This document shows, piece by piece, positions 1 to 11,400 of a stretch of DNA of 64,000 nucleotides; the stretch's first letter is position 1; every line of letters starts with the position of its first letter. The translations under genes and the position numbers were made by a program. The notes beneath the pieces were generated by a model. It did not search any database and was not told where the DNA came from. It saw nothing but the letters and a program-made list of their open reading frames with translations. Source of the stretch: Alphaproteobacteria bacterium (GTDB lineage Bacteria > Pseudomonadota > Alphaproteobacteria > Bin95); contig OZ224045.1 of the NCBI GenBank assembly GCA_963665325.3, positions 864,001-928,000 on the forward strand. The letters run 5' to 3'.

Positions 1-2136
<2,136 letters not shown>

Positions 2137-2267
2137 GATGCGAAAGCCTCCAGATTGCCGAAATCCACGCAGGCCGGGGTTTACACCCGAACGCGGCCGA
2201 GGCAAAGGGTCGGGGGCAAAGCCGGATCGAGTGAGACGCGTTTGCTGACGGTGCATCCTGTTGTCGA

Positions 2268-2285
2268 TATAGCAAACATGCTATA
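2268..2285. promoter_or_regulatory. Inverted repeat TATAGCA-N4-TGCTATA, probable antitoxin operator
   Basis: Perfect 7-bp palindrome ending 11 bp upstream of the toxin ATG. Confidence 0.6.
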
Positions 2286-2296
2286 GATGCGGCGCC

Positions 2297-2623
2297 ATGG
2301 AATGGACCGTGGAAACCCTCAACGAGACCGTGGACGACGAGCTGCGCGCGTTGCCCGCCGACATGCGCGCGCGATTCGTCCGGATCTGCCGGTTGATTTC
2401 TGCCGTCGGCCTCGAGCGCCTGGGTGCGCCGCGTGTCAGACATCTCACCGGACCGCTCTGGGAAATGCGAATGACCGGCCGGGACGGGATATCGCGGGCA
2501 CTCTATGTCACGGTTCGGGACAGACGGGTGGTGGTCGTGCGGGTATTCGTGAAGAAGACCCAACGAACACCGGGCCGGGAGATTGCATTGGCGCTGCGGC
2601 GCGCCAGGGAGATATTGGAATGA
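2297..2623 (+). CDS. RelE/ParE-superfamily toxin (HigB/Gp49-like)
   Basis: 108 aa with LWEMR...ISRALY...VFVKKTQRTP motifs; toxin-first order; ATGA overlap with the HTH gene. Confidence 0.85.
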   Translation: MEWTVETLNETVDDELRALPADMRARFVRICRLISAVGLERLGAPRVRHLTGPLWEMRMTGRDGISRALYVTVRDRRVVVVRVFVKKTQRTPGREIALALRRAREILE

Positions 2624-2913
2624 CCAAGGTATCGGAACTCCACCGGGAGTGGAGCGCGGACCCGGAATACCGGGAAGCGTATGAGCGTCTCGGCCCGGAG
2701 TTTGCGTTGGCGCGCACGCTCATCGAGGCCCGCCGGGATGCAGGCCTGACCCAGGCCCAATTGGCCGATCGCATGGAAACGACGCAATCCGTTGTGGCCC
2801 GCCTTGAGAGCGGGCGCATCAACCCGTCCACCCGGACGCTGGAGAAGGTCGCCTTAGCCACGGGTACGCGGCTGCGAATCAGTTTCGAGCGGACAAAGAT
2901 GCAATCCGGCTGA
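2620..2913 (+). CDS. XRE-family HTH antitoxin (HigA-like)
   Basis: MTKVSELHREW...GLTQAQLADRMETTQSVVARLESG helix-turn-helix. Confidence 0.85.
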   Translation: MTKVSELHREWSADPEYREAYERLGPEFALARTLIEARRDAGLTQAQLADRMETTQSVVARLESGRINPSTRTLEKVALATGTRLRISFERTKMQSG

Positions 2914-3061
2914 CGGAGGAGGAGCTTGTCATGGCACCGATCGGGCGCTCGGTTGTCCCGGACGAATAGACAGGCGCTCCGTTCAAGCCATCCACCCTCC
3001 CGCATTTGCGGCAGAGGCGGCGAATTGCTATCTCCCTTGGGCATCGGGGGGAGCGAAGCTC

Positions 3062-4285
3062 TTGCGCATTGAAGTCATCTGCACCGGCGACGAGGTGCTG
3101 ACCGGCAAGACCGTCAACACCAATTTCAGCCGCTTGAGCCGGCGGCTGACGGAACTCGGCATGCCGGTGGTGCGCGAAACCACGGTGGGCGACGACCGGG
3201 CGGAGTTGCGCGCCGCCTTCGACACCGCCGCCGGGCGGGCCGACGCGGTGATCGTGAATGGCGGGCTCGGGCCGACCGTGGACGATCTCAGCCAGGAAGT
3301 GGCGGCGGAAGCGGCGGGCGTGGCCCTCGGCCTCCGGCCCGAATGGCTGGCGAACATCCAGGCCTTCTACCGCCGCCGCAACCGCGAGATGCCGCCCAAC
3401 AACCGCAAGCAGGCCATGCTGCCGGAGGGCGCCGAACTCATCGACAACCCCGTCGGCACGGCCTGCGGCTTCGCGCTCGACATCGGCGCAGCGCGGTTCT
3501 TCTTCACCCCCGGCGTGCCCTCGGAACTCGACGTGATGGCCGAGCAGCAGCTGATCCCCCGCCTGCGCGCGATGAGCGGCATCGACGCCGTGATCCATCT
3601 CAAGCGCTTCCATTCCTTCGGCATCGGCGAGTCCCGCGCCGACCATATGCTTGCCGGGATCGAGGCGATGGACGCGCACGGCAGGGTCAAGCTCGGTTTC
3701 CAGTCGCACTACCCGCAACTGGAGACGAAGCTTGCCGTCGCCGCGCCCACGACAGAGGCGGCGGCGGCGCTGCTGGAGCCCATCGGGGCGGAGGTCCGCG
3801 CGCGCCTCGGAAATTTCATCGTCGCGGAGGACGACGGCACCCTGGAGGGCGATGTGCTGGCCCGCCTTCGGGCGTCGGGCGGTTCGCTGAGCGCGGTGGA
3901 GACCGGCTCCCACGGAATTCTGGGCGCGCGCCTTGCGGCCGCCGACGAGGAGGGCGGCGTGTTCCTGCGGGCGTCTTCGGGCAACGCCACGGCCGCCGTG
4001 GCGCGGCCGCTGGGCCTCGCGGTCGACGCCTCGCCGATGGAGCTCGCCGAAGGGGTGCGCCGGGCGGACGGGGTGACGCACGGGCTGGCCGCTGCCGTCA
4101 ATGCCGGGACCGGAGAGGTGCATATCGCGCTCGCCGGGCCGGATGGCGGCTTCGAGCGCCGCGCTCTCATGATCGGCGGCCCGAGGCGGGCGCGGGACGG
4201 CGGCGTGGAACTTGCGCTTGACTGCCTGCGGCGGAGCCTCGCCGGCGCGCCGGTGGACCAGAAGATCGATTTCGAGAAGGCCTGA
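3062..4285 (+). CDS. cinA: CinA-family (competence/damage-inducible, molybdopterin-binding-like) protein
   Basis: GDEVLTGKTVNTN, VGDD, GGLGPTVDD, GTACGF, PGVPSE motifs; C-terminal PncC-like part degenerate. Confidence 0.8.
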   Translation: MRIEVICTGDEVLTGKTVNTNFSRLSRRLTELGMPVVRETTVGDDRAELRAAFDTAAGRADAVIVNGGLGPTVDDLSQEVAAEAAGVALGLRPEWLANIQAFYRRRNREMPPNNRKQAMLPEGAELIDNPVGTACGFALDIGAARFFFTPGVPSELDVMAEQQLIPRLRAMSGIDAVIHLKRFHSFGIGESRADHMLAGIEAMDAHGRVKLGFQSHYPQLETKLAVAAPTTEAAAALLEPIGAEVRARLGNFIVAEDDGTLEGDVLARLRASGGSLSAVETGSHGILGARLAAADEEGGVFLRASSGNATAAVARPLGLAVDASPMELAEGVRRADGVTHGLAAAVNAGTGEVHIALAGPDGGFERRALMIGGPRRARDGGVELALDCLRRSLAGAPVDQKIDFEKA

Positions 4286-4327
4286 GGGCGGGTCCGGCGC
4301 GCGCCGGGCCCCGGGGGAGCGACATCC

Positions 4328-5044
4328 ATGAGCCTCGTGCTGTTTCTTCACGGCGAGCATTTCATTGCCATGGGCCAGCCGTTCCTCGACCGGCTGGGTG
4401 CGGGCCGCGAGCTCCATGCGCCGCTCTATCCGGGCTATGACGGCGCGCCGCCGGACCCGGACTTCCGCAGCGTGGACGACCTCGCCTACCGCTATCTGGA
4501 CCTGCTGGAGGAGCTGGACGCGCGCGACGCCACCATCGTCGGCTGCTCGCTCGGCGGGTGGGTGGCGCTGGAAATGGCGGTGCGCGACCGCTCGCGCATC
4601 GGGCGCATCGCGCTGCTCGCCCCGGTCGGGGTCAAGCTCTCGGGGCGCGAGGAGCGGGACTTCGCCGACCTGCCCTTCATGCGGGAAGCCGAGGCGGCGC
4701 GGACGCTCTTCCACGATCCCGCCCGCTGGGCGCCCGACCATGCCACGCTCGACGAGGCGGCGGTCGAGGCCATTGCGCTGGAGCGCCAGTGGACGGCCTG
4801 GTACGGCTGGAAGCCCTATATGCACAATCCCGTGCTGGCGAAATGGCTGCACCGGGCGGCCGTGCCGACGCTCCTGCTCTGGGGCGAGAGCGACGGTTTC
4901 GCCGCGCCGGACTACGGGCGCAGGCTGGCGGCGCGGCTGCCGGACGCCCGGTTCGAGACGATCCCGGACGCCGGCCACTACCCCCATATCGAACGGGCCG
5001 ATGAGACCGCCGATGCGGTCCTGGCATTCCTGGAGAACGCATGA
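4328..5044 (+). CDS. Alpha/beta fold hydrolase
   Basis: LFLHG, GCSLGG nucleophile elbow, WGESD, AGHYPH. Confidence 0.85.
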   Translation: MSLVLFLHGEHFIAMGQPFLDRLGAGRELHAPLYPGYDGAPPDPDFRSVDDLAYRYLDLLEELDARDATIVGCSLGGWVALEMAVRDRSRIGRIALLAPVGVKLSGREERDFADLPFMREAEAARTLFHDPARWAPDHATLDEAAVEAIALERQWTAWYGWKPYMHNPVLAKWLHRAAVPTLLLWGESDGFAAPDYGRRLAARLPDARFETIPDAGHYPHIERADETADAVLAFLENA

Positions 5045-6198
5045 TGCAGGTCTGGCATTTCAGCGAAATGGCCTACCACCCCGGCTGGGAATCGCTGCCG
5101 GACGGCCTGCGCAATGTGATCCCGAGCCGGGTCTACGACCCGGAGGTCGGCGCGGACCTCTACCATCGCTATCTGGACGAATGGGCGCTCTGCGACCGGC
5201 TCGGCCTCAACATCATGGTGAACGAGCACCATGCGACGGCGACCTGCACCACCTCGGTGTGCACCATCCCGATGGCGATCCTGGCGCGCGAGACCGAGAA
5301 GGCGCGGCTGCTCTGCCTCGGCATGCCGATCGGCAACCGCATGGACGCCGTCCGCGTGGCCGAGGAATACGCCATGCTGGACGTCATCAGCCGCGGGCGG
5401 GTCGAGATGGGCTTCGTGAAGGGGGCGCCCTTCGAGATCAACCCCGCCAACTCCAATCCGGCGGAGCTGGAGGAGCGCTTCTGGGAGGCGCACGACCTGA
5501 TCGTCAAGGCGATGACCACCCATGACGGCCCCTTCAACTGGGAAGGACGGCACTACCACTACCGGGAGGTGAATGTCTGGCCGCGCCCCTGGCAGCAGCC
5601 GCATCCGCCGATCTGGATGACGGTGGCGAGCCCCGGCTCGGCCCAGCGCGTCGCCCGCAAGGGCTATGTCATCGCGGCGCTGAACACGGGCTATGTCCAC
5701 ACGCCGGTCGTTTACGGAGCCTATCGGGAGAGCGCGGCAGAAGCGGGCTTCGACCCCGGGCCGGACCGCTTCGCCTATCTCTGCATTATCGGCGTCGGCG
5801 AGACGGAGGCCGAGGGCAAGCGGCGCGCCCACCAGATCCTCGACTACAGCCGGACGACGCCGCGTGTGCAGCCGCAGTTCTTCTACCCGCCGGGCTATTC
5901 GCCGGCGGCGCGGATGTCGGGCCTGATCCGCAGCGGCTCGGAGCTTCGCATCCAGCGGCGCGACGGCTCCGACTTCCCGATGCAGGACGGCACGGTGGAG
6001 GACTTCATGGCCGCCGGCGTCGCCTTCGCCGGCACGCCCGCGCAGGTGGTCGAGCAGGTGGAGGAGTTCGCCGCGGCCGTCGGCGGCTTCGAGCACCTGC
6101 TGATGATGGGGCAGGGCGGCTTCCTCAGCCACGAGGACACGGTCGCCAACCTCACCCTCTTCTCCGAGGAGGCGCTGCCGGCGATCGGCCGGATGTAG
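5041..6198 (+). CDS. LLM-class (luciferase-like) flavin-dependent monooxygenase
   Basis: NEHH, RVAEEYAMLDVISRGR, WPRPWQQPHPPIW motifs. Confidence 0.9.
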   Translation: MMQVWHFSEMAYHPGWESLPDGLRNVIPSRVYDPEVGADLYHRYLDEWALCDRLGLNIMVNEHHATATCTTSVCTIPMAILARETEKARLLCLGMPIGNRMDAVRVAEEYAMLDVISRGRVEMGFVKGAPFEINPANSNPAELEERFWEAHDLIVKAMTTHDGPFNWEGRHYHYREVNVWPRPWQQPHPPIWMTVASPGSAQRVARKGYVIAALNTGYVHTPVVYGAYRESAAEAGFDPGPDRFAYLCIIGVGETEAEGKRRAHQILDYSRTTPRVQPQFFYPPGYSPAARMSGLIRSGSELRIQRRDGSDFPMQDGTVEDFMAAGVAFAGTPAQVVEQVEEFAAAVGGFEHLLMMGQGGFLSHEDTVANLTLFSEEALPAIGRM

Positions 6199-6274
6199 CC
6201 GGACGCGAACGGGACGGCGCTTGACGGGAAAGGGGCGCCATTCCATAAGGACACCGATGTCGGCTCCGTGCCGG

Positions 6275-6330
6275 CTCCGCGGGATTTGATCGGGCAGCTT
6301 GCATCCGCGTTACCAAGTGCTAAAGCGCCA
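6275..6330 (+). ncRNA. SAM-II (SAM-alpha) riboswitch
   Basis: CGCGG-GATTTG...GCTTG-CA-TCCGCG-TTAC-CAAGT-GCTAAA matches the SAM-II pseudoknot consensus and lies directly upstream of metZ. Confidence 0.85.
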
Positions 6331-6379
6331 CGGGAGGTATTTCCGTGGGCCCGCCAACCGGCAACCCAGGGAGATGGCC

Positions 6380-7597
6380 ATGTCCCGATTGCCCGATTCG
6401 CTCCATGCGGACACAACCGCCGTCCATGGCGGCATCCAGCGCAGCCAGTTCGAGGAAACCGCCGAGGCGCTCTATCTGACCTCGGGCTATGTCTACGGTT
6501 CGGCCGAGGAGGCAGCCGAAGCCTTCGACGGTGTCCGGGACCGCTACATCTACAGCCGCTACGGCAACCCCACGGTGCAGATGTTCATCGACCGGCTCTC
6601 GGCCATCGAGGGTGCGGAGGCGGGCGCGGCAACGGCGAGCGGCATGTCGGCGGTGTTCACCGCGCTGCTCGGCCTGCTGCGGAAGGGCGACCGGCTGGTG
6701 GCTTCGCGCGCGCTCTTCGGCTCCTGCGCCCATATCTGCACCAATATCCTGCCGCGCTACGGCATCGAGACGGAGCTGATCGACGGCAACGACCTGGCGG
6801 CCTGGGAGCGCGCGTTGTCGCAGCCGACCGAGGCGGTGTTTCTGGAAACGCCGACCAATCCGCAACTCGACATCATCGACCTTCGGGCCGTCTCGGAACT
6901 GGCGCACGCCGCCGGGGCGCAGGTCGTCATCGACAACGTCTTCGCCACGCCGCTGTTGCAGAAGCCGCTGGAGCTCGGCGCGGATGTCGTGGTGTACTCG
7001 GCCACCAAGCATATCGACGGCCAGGGGCGCTGCCTCGGCGGGGCGATCCTCGGGACAAGGAAGTTCTGCGACGAGGACCTCCAGCCCTTCATCCGCCACA
7101 CCGGCCCCAGCATGAGCCCGTTCAACGCCTGGGTGCTGCTGAAGGGGCTGGAAACGCTGGCGATCCGCGTCGAGCGCCAGTGCCGGACGGCGATGGAGGT
7201 CGCGCGCTGGCTGGAAGGTCGCGCCGGGATCGCGCGGGTCATCTACCCCTTCCTCGACTCCCACCCGCAGGCGGCTCTGGCGCGCCGCCAGATGAAGGAC
7301 GGCGGCACGGTCGCGACCTTCGAGATCGAGGGCGGCCGGGCGGAGGCCTTCGCGCTGCTGAACGCGCTCCGGTTGGTCCCGATCTCCAACAATCTGGGCG
7401 ACGCCAAGAGCATCGTCACCCACCCGGCCTCGACGACCCACCACCGCATCGGGGCGGAAGCGCGCGCCGCAGTCGGCATCGGCGAGGACATGATCCGCCT
7501 GTCGCTCGGCCTCGAACATGGCGGCGACCTGATCCGCGACCTGGACCGCGCCATCGCCGCGGCCGGGCTGGGTCTGGGCTGCCGTCAGCCTTCCTGA
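6380..7597 (+). CDS. metZ: O-succinylhomoserine sulfhydrylase
   Basis: YSRYGNPT, ASGMSA, FLETPTNP, VYSATKHIDGQGR (PLP lysine), ISNNLGDAKS; start could be 6374. Confidence 0.9.
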   Translation: MSRLPDSLHADTTAVHGGIQRSQFEETAEALYLTSGYVYGSAEEAAEAFDGVRDRYIYSRYGNPTVQMFIDRLSAIEGAEAGAATASGMSAVFTALLGLLRKGDRLVASRALFGSCAHICTNILPRYGIETELIDGNDLAAWERALSQPTEAVFLETPTNPQLDIIDLRAVSELAHAAGAQVVIDNVFATPLLQKPLELGADVVVYSATKHIDGQGRCLGGAILGTRKFCDEDLQPFIRHTGPSMSPFNAWVLLKGLETLAIRVERQCRTAMEVARWLEGRAGIARVIYPFLDSHPQAALARRQMKDGGTVATFEIEGGRAEAFALLNALRLVPISNNLGDAKSIVTHPASTTHHRIGAEARAAVGIGEDMIRLSLGLEHGGDLIRDLDRAIAAAGLGLGCRQPS

Positions 7598-8613
7598 CGC
7601 GCTCTTACGGCCTCGCCCGCGTCCCAGGCGTCGATATGGCGGAGCAGGAGCGGAGAGAGCGCGAAGGAAATCCGGTCGGGCGGGAGCGTGTGGGCAAGGA
7701 CGCCGTCCGCTGCCAGCGCCGCCGCCAGACCCTTCGCATCCGGGCGCTCCAGCACGACATGGGCCCCGCGCCGGGCGGGTGGCAGCGGATCGTCCTCGCC
7801 CAGTGCGCCCAGGAAAAGTGCGGCAAGCGTGCGCGCCTTCCAGCCGGCCGCCGCGATATCGATGCCCGCGAACATGTCGAGCGCGCCGTCCAGCGCGGCG
7901 AGCGCCAGCGCGGAAGGCTCCGGCACTGCCTCCAGGGCCGCGCCGAGTTCGCCGGTCGCATGGATCCAGGCGGGGGCGCCGGGTCCGCCGCCAAGGAAAC
8001 CGCAGCCCCGCCCGACCGCCGCTTCGACGCCGGACGGCTCCAGCGCCGCCGGCAATGCACCCGCCGTTTCGGAGACGTCGAAGGCTGCGAGCGCACCGGC
8101 CTCGCGGGCCTGTGCGGCGAGGGCCGCCATGTCCCGAAGCGCGCCCGTCGCCGGATCGAGATGGCGCAGCAGCAGCAGCGCATCCCGGTTGAGTTGCGCC
8201 TCGGGGGCTTCGGTCTCCGTGACGGTCAGGCCTTTCGCCCCGAGCCGTGCCAGCAGGGCGGCGAACTCGCCGGGTAGCGCCAGCACGCGGTTGCGGCCGG
8301 CGGCGCAGGCCGCATCGGCCAGCGCTTCGATCGCATCGTCCGCAGTGGCGGCAAAGCCCAGCAATTCGGACCGGGTCCCCAGCAGCGGCGCCAGCTTCTC
8401 GGCCGTCGCCTCTGCCAGATGCCGGCCGTTCGTGAAGTCTGCGCCCCAATCGACGCGCAGGAAGCCGTCGAGCCGCGCCCGAACCCCGCGGGTGAGCGGC
8501 CCGAGGCGGTCGCTGTCGAAGCGAAGCGTCCCGGCAGGCACCAGGAACTCCTCGCGCAAATAGGCGAGCGGATCGCCGTCATCCAGCGTGACGCAGTCCT
8601 CGCGCGTCGTCAT
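7585..8613 (-). CDS. Kynureninase-like PLP-fold protein lacking catalytic residues
   Basis: N-terminus MTTREDCVTLDDGDPLAYLREEF and GGPGAPA/RRGAHV match KynU; GCTYKYL is replaced by GRGCGFL. Confidence 0.75.
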   Translation of the reverse strand: MTTREDCVTLDDGDPLAYLREEFLVPAGTLRFDSDRLGPLTRGVRARLDGFLRVDWGADFTNGRHLAEATAEKLAPLLGTRSELLGFAATADDAIEALADAACAAGRNRVLALPGEFAALLARLGAKGLTVTETEAPEAQLNRDALLLLRHLDPATGALRDMAALAAQAREAGALAAFDVSETAGALPAALEPSGVEAAVGRGCGFLGGGPGAPAWIHATGELGAALEAVPEPSALALAALDGALDMFAGIDIAAAGWKARTLAALFLGALGEDDPLPPARRGAHVVLERPDAKGLAAALAADGVLAHTLPPDRISFALSPLLLRHIDAWDAGEAVRARQEG

Positions 8614-9419
8614 GGCGCCCCGAACAGCAAATCGGCCGCGCGCCGGGCCATGCCTGCATTGTCGTGGCCTATTCCGGGGGCGGTGTGCAGCTCCCAGGCG
8701 AAGGGCGCCGGCAGCAGGCGCGCCATGTCCCGGCCGGCAGCATAGAAATAGTGGCCGCGCGCGTAGCGGTGCGGCCCCTGCGCCATCGCCTCGGGCGACT
8801 TCAGCAGCATCGGTGCGTCCGTCACGGTGTCGTTCTCGCCGAGCAGCACGGTCAGCCGGACCGAGAAGGCGGCGGCGAGCGCCTCGTCACCCATCCGGAA
8901 GCCGGTCAGGCCGTAGGGATAGCGCTCCTCTTCGCGCGGCACCGTATAGGCGCCGGCATTGGCCGCGACCGCGGCCTCGACGCGGGCCTCCGGGGCGAAC
9001 AGCGCCATGCGGTGCACGAATTGCCCGCCGGCGGAATGGCCGTAAAGGTAGTAACGCTCCGCCTCCGCGCCGCTCCAGGCGCAGGCAGCGTCGAATGCGC
9101 TCTCGACGACGGCGAAGCTCCAGTCCGCCTCCGGCAGGAAGGTGCGCCGGTCGGGCGTGCGCATATTGCAGACTTCGTATTCGCGCGGGCCGGGAAACTG
9201 CTCGCGGTCGAACTCGGGCGCCGCGACCAGAAAACCGTAGCGCTCGGCGTGCTCCGCCCAGACATCGCGGTAGTCGGCGGCATTGCGCCGGTAGCCGTGC
9301 AGCACGATGAGCACCGGGTCCGAGGGCTGCCAGGCCGCCGGCCGCCAGAGATGGGTGCGGACGGCGACATCTCCCTCGGTCGGACGGCGGTGCGGAACGG
9401 TGATCTCCGCTGCGCTCAC
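8610..9419 (-). CDS. Alpha/beta hydrolase (esterase-like)
   Basis: VLHG, GHSAGG, ANAGAY, GENDT, GIGH. Confidence 0.8.
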   Translation of the reverse strand: MSAAEITVPHRRPTEGDVAVRTHLWRPAAWQPSDPVLIVLHGYRRNAADYRDVWAEHAERYGFLVAAPEFDREQFPGPREYEVCNMRTPDRRTFLPEADWSFAVVESAFDAACAWSGAEAERYYLYGHSAGGQFVHRMALFAPEARVEAAVAANAGAYTVPREEERYPYGLTGFRMGDEALAAAFSVRLTVLLGENDTVTDAPMLLKSPEAMAQGPHRYARGHYFYAAGRDMARLLPAPFAWELHTAPGIGHDNAGMARRAADLLFGAP

Positions 9420-10249
9420 CGCCTCGCCTCGGTCATGTCCGTGCCGGAATAGACCGCGCCCAGCATGCGCTGCATGGCTGTCGTGTGGGCCGCGCAGGCC
9501 GCCGCGTCGAGGTCGGCTTCAGGGCGCGGCTCATGCTCGAAATGCCCATGGCGGTCCACACCGCGCACGAGCGTCGCGGAATCGTCGAGCTTTATCTGGC
9601 GGACATAGGTCGGGATATAGCGGACCGCGAGGCCGATACGCCGGTCGGGCACCCGGTTCGGCTTCGAGCTGTGCACGAGGCGGATATGGTGAAGCGAGAA
9701 CTCGCCCGCCCGGAGCGGCGCATCGACGGCAAGCGCATCGTCCACTTCCATCTCGATTTCCTGGCCGCGCGTCAGCAGGTTGTCCTCGGCGAAGCTGTCG
9801 CTGTGGGCAATCTGGTCGAACTTGTGCGAACCCGGCAGGAAGCGCATCGGGCCGCTCTCCAGCGGCGCGTCTGACAGCGCCACCCAGGCGGTGACGACAT
9901 CGTGGGGATCGAGCCCCCAATAGGTCGAGTCCTGGTGCCAGGAGACGAACGCCGGGTCGCTCGCTTCCTTGATGAAGAAATTGGTCGTCCAGCAGAGCAG
10001 GTCCGGTCCCAGCAGGTCCTCCACGGCGTCGAGGACGCGCGGATGGTGCACGATCTCGTCCGCCCAGCGGAACAGCAGGTGGACCTTGTGGCGCATGTTG
10101 GAATGGATGACGTCGCCGGTCCCGGCCTCATAGGCCTCCAGTCCGTCGCGGTAGCGGCGCGCCTCGGCTGCGGAAAAGGCGCGCAGCGGAAACAGGTAGC
10201 CGTCGCGCTCATAGGCCTCTCTCTGGGCCTCGGTCAGCATCTTGCCCAT
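9416..10249 (-). CDS. Phytanoyl-CoA dioxygenase (PhyH) family Fe/2OG enzyme
   Basis: WHQDSTYW (HxD), PGSH, LVHSSKPN...RRIG. Confidence 0.9.
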   Translation of the reverse strand: MGKMLTEAQREAYERDGYLFPLRAFSAAEARRYRDGLEAYEAGTGDVIHSNMRHKVHLLFRWADEIVHHPRVLDAVEDLLGPDLLCWTTNFFIKEASDPAFVSWHQDSTYWGLDPHDVVTAWVALSDAPLESGPMRFLPGSHKFDQIAHSDSFAEDNLLTRGQEIEMEVDDALAVDAPLRAGEFSLHHIRLVHSSKPNRVPDRRIGLAVRYIPTYVRQIKLDDSATLVRGVDRHGHFEHEPRPEADLDAAACAAHTTAMQRMLGAVYSGTDMTEARR

Positions 10250-10273
10250 CGGTCTTTCCTTGCTACTGGCGGC

Positions 10274-10774
10274 TCAGGTTCCGGTAAGACGCGGCGTAAC
10301 CGGGCGCCAGGCGCGCCCGCCCGGCGGGCAGTCAGCCGTCCCGGAAATTGCCCAGCCGCGCCATGTAACGCTGTGGTCGAGGCCGGCGCCGCGAACCCAG
10401 GAGAGCTCGAATCCGGGGCAGTCCGCCGGCCCGTCGGCGGAATCGACCGTCACAAGAAAGGCGTCCTCCGGCACTTCCGGCAGCGTGTGGAGGCCGTCGA
10501 ACAGGTTGCGCGACCAGTCGATGATGTCCGCCTGCCACTCGCCGAAGCCGCCGCCGCCGGCGCCGCGATAGTTCGCCCGGTCGAAGAATTCGGTGCCCGG
10601 CACGGTATGCACCGCGAGCCAGGGCGCCGGCCCGCCGTCCACCGCGCGGAAACGTTGCGAGGCCTCGAAACCCGGCAGGGTCAGCAAAGAGGCGAGCTTC
10701 GGCCCGCTATACCATTCCGACCATGCCGCCTCGCGCGACGGGTCCCTGAAGCCGCATTCCACCATGTAAAGCAT
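10274..10774 (-). CDS. Hypothetical protein (possible EthD/dimeric alpha-beta barrel N-terminal domain)
   Basis: MLYMVECGF...WSEWY...LLTLPGFEASQRF; co-oriented with the downstream operon. Confidence 0.55.
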   Translation of the reverse strand: MLYMVECGFRDPSREAAWSEWYSGPKLASLLTLPGFEASQRFRAVDGGPAPWLAVHTVPGTEFFDRANYRGAGGGGFGEWQADIIDWSRNLFDGLHTLPEVPEDAFLVTVDSADGPADCPGFELSWVRGAGLDHSVTWRGWAISGTADCPPGGRAWRPVTPRLTGT

Positions 10775-10817
10775 GGGATGGAGTATAGAAGCGGGCAGCT
10801 GGGAGCGGAAGCGGGCC

Positions 10818-11390
10818 ATGGCCGAAGCCGGGATGAGCTGGAGCGACTATTACGCCAAGACGCGGAACCATCCGCCGCGGCCGACCTTGCTGGAGGCGCT
10901 TGCAAGGTTCGGCGGACGGACGGGGCTCGCGGTCGATCTCGGCATCGGCAGCGGGCGCGATGCGACGGTGCTGCTGGCGCGGGGCTGGCGGGTGGTAGGC
11001 ATAGACGCCGAGCCGGCGGTTCTGGCGCTGCCGCGCCATCCCCGGCTGACGATAAGGCGGGAGCCGTTCGAGACCGCCGAACTGCCGGCGGCGGACCTCG
11101 TGAACGCCAGCTTCTGCCTGCCGTTCTGCCACCCGGATGCCTTCCCTGCCTTCTGGGGCCGCATCGCGGCGGCCCTCGGGCCGGGCGGCCGCTTCGCCGG
11201 CCATTTCTTCGGCCCGCGCGACGGCTGGGCCGGCGACCCCAGCATCACCCACATCCCGGAAGAGGAACTGCGCGCCCTCCTCGCCCCCTTCGACCTCGAA
11301 CGTTTCGACGAAGAGGAAGACGACGCCGAAACCCCGCGCGGTGTCATGAAGCACTGGCACATCTTCCACGTCGTGGCGCGGAAGCGGTGA
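10818..11390 (+). CDS. Class I SAM-dependent methyltransferase
   Basis: AVDLGIGSGRD motif I, VGIDAE, DLVNASF. Confidence 0.85.
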   Translation: MAEAGMSWSDYYAKTRNHPPRPTLLEALARFGGRTGLAVDLGIGSGRDATVLLARGWRVVGIDAEPAVLALPRHPRLTIRREPFETAELPAADLVNASFCLPFCHPDAFPAFWGRIAAALGPGGRFAGHFFGPRDGWAGDPSITHIPEEELRALLAPFDLERFDEEEDDAETPRGVMKHWHIFHVVARKR

Positions 11391-11400
11391 ATGGAGCGCC

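Noticed and set aside
4328-6198. Hydrolase + LLM monooxygenase pair as a novel pathway
   Set aside because: Common pairing in catabolic alphaproteobacteria; nothing in the sequence indicates the substrate or novelty
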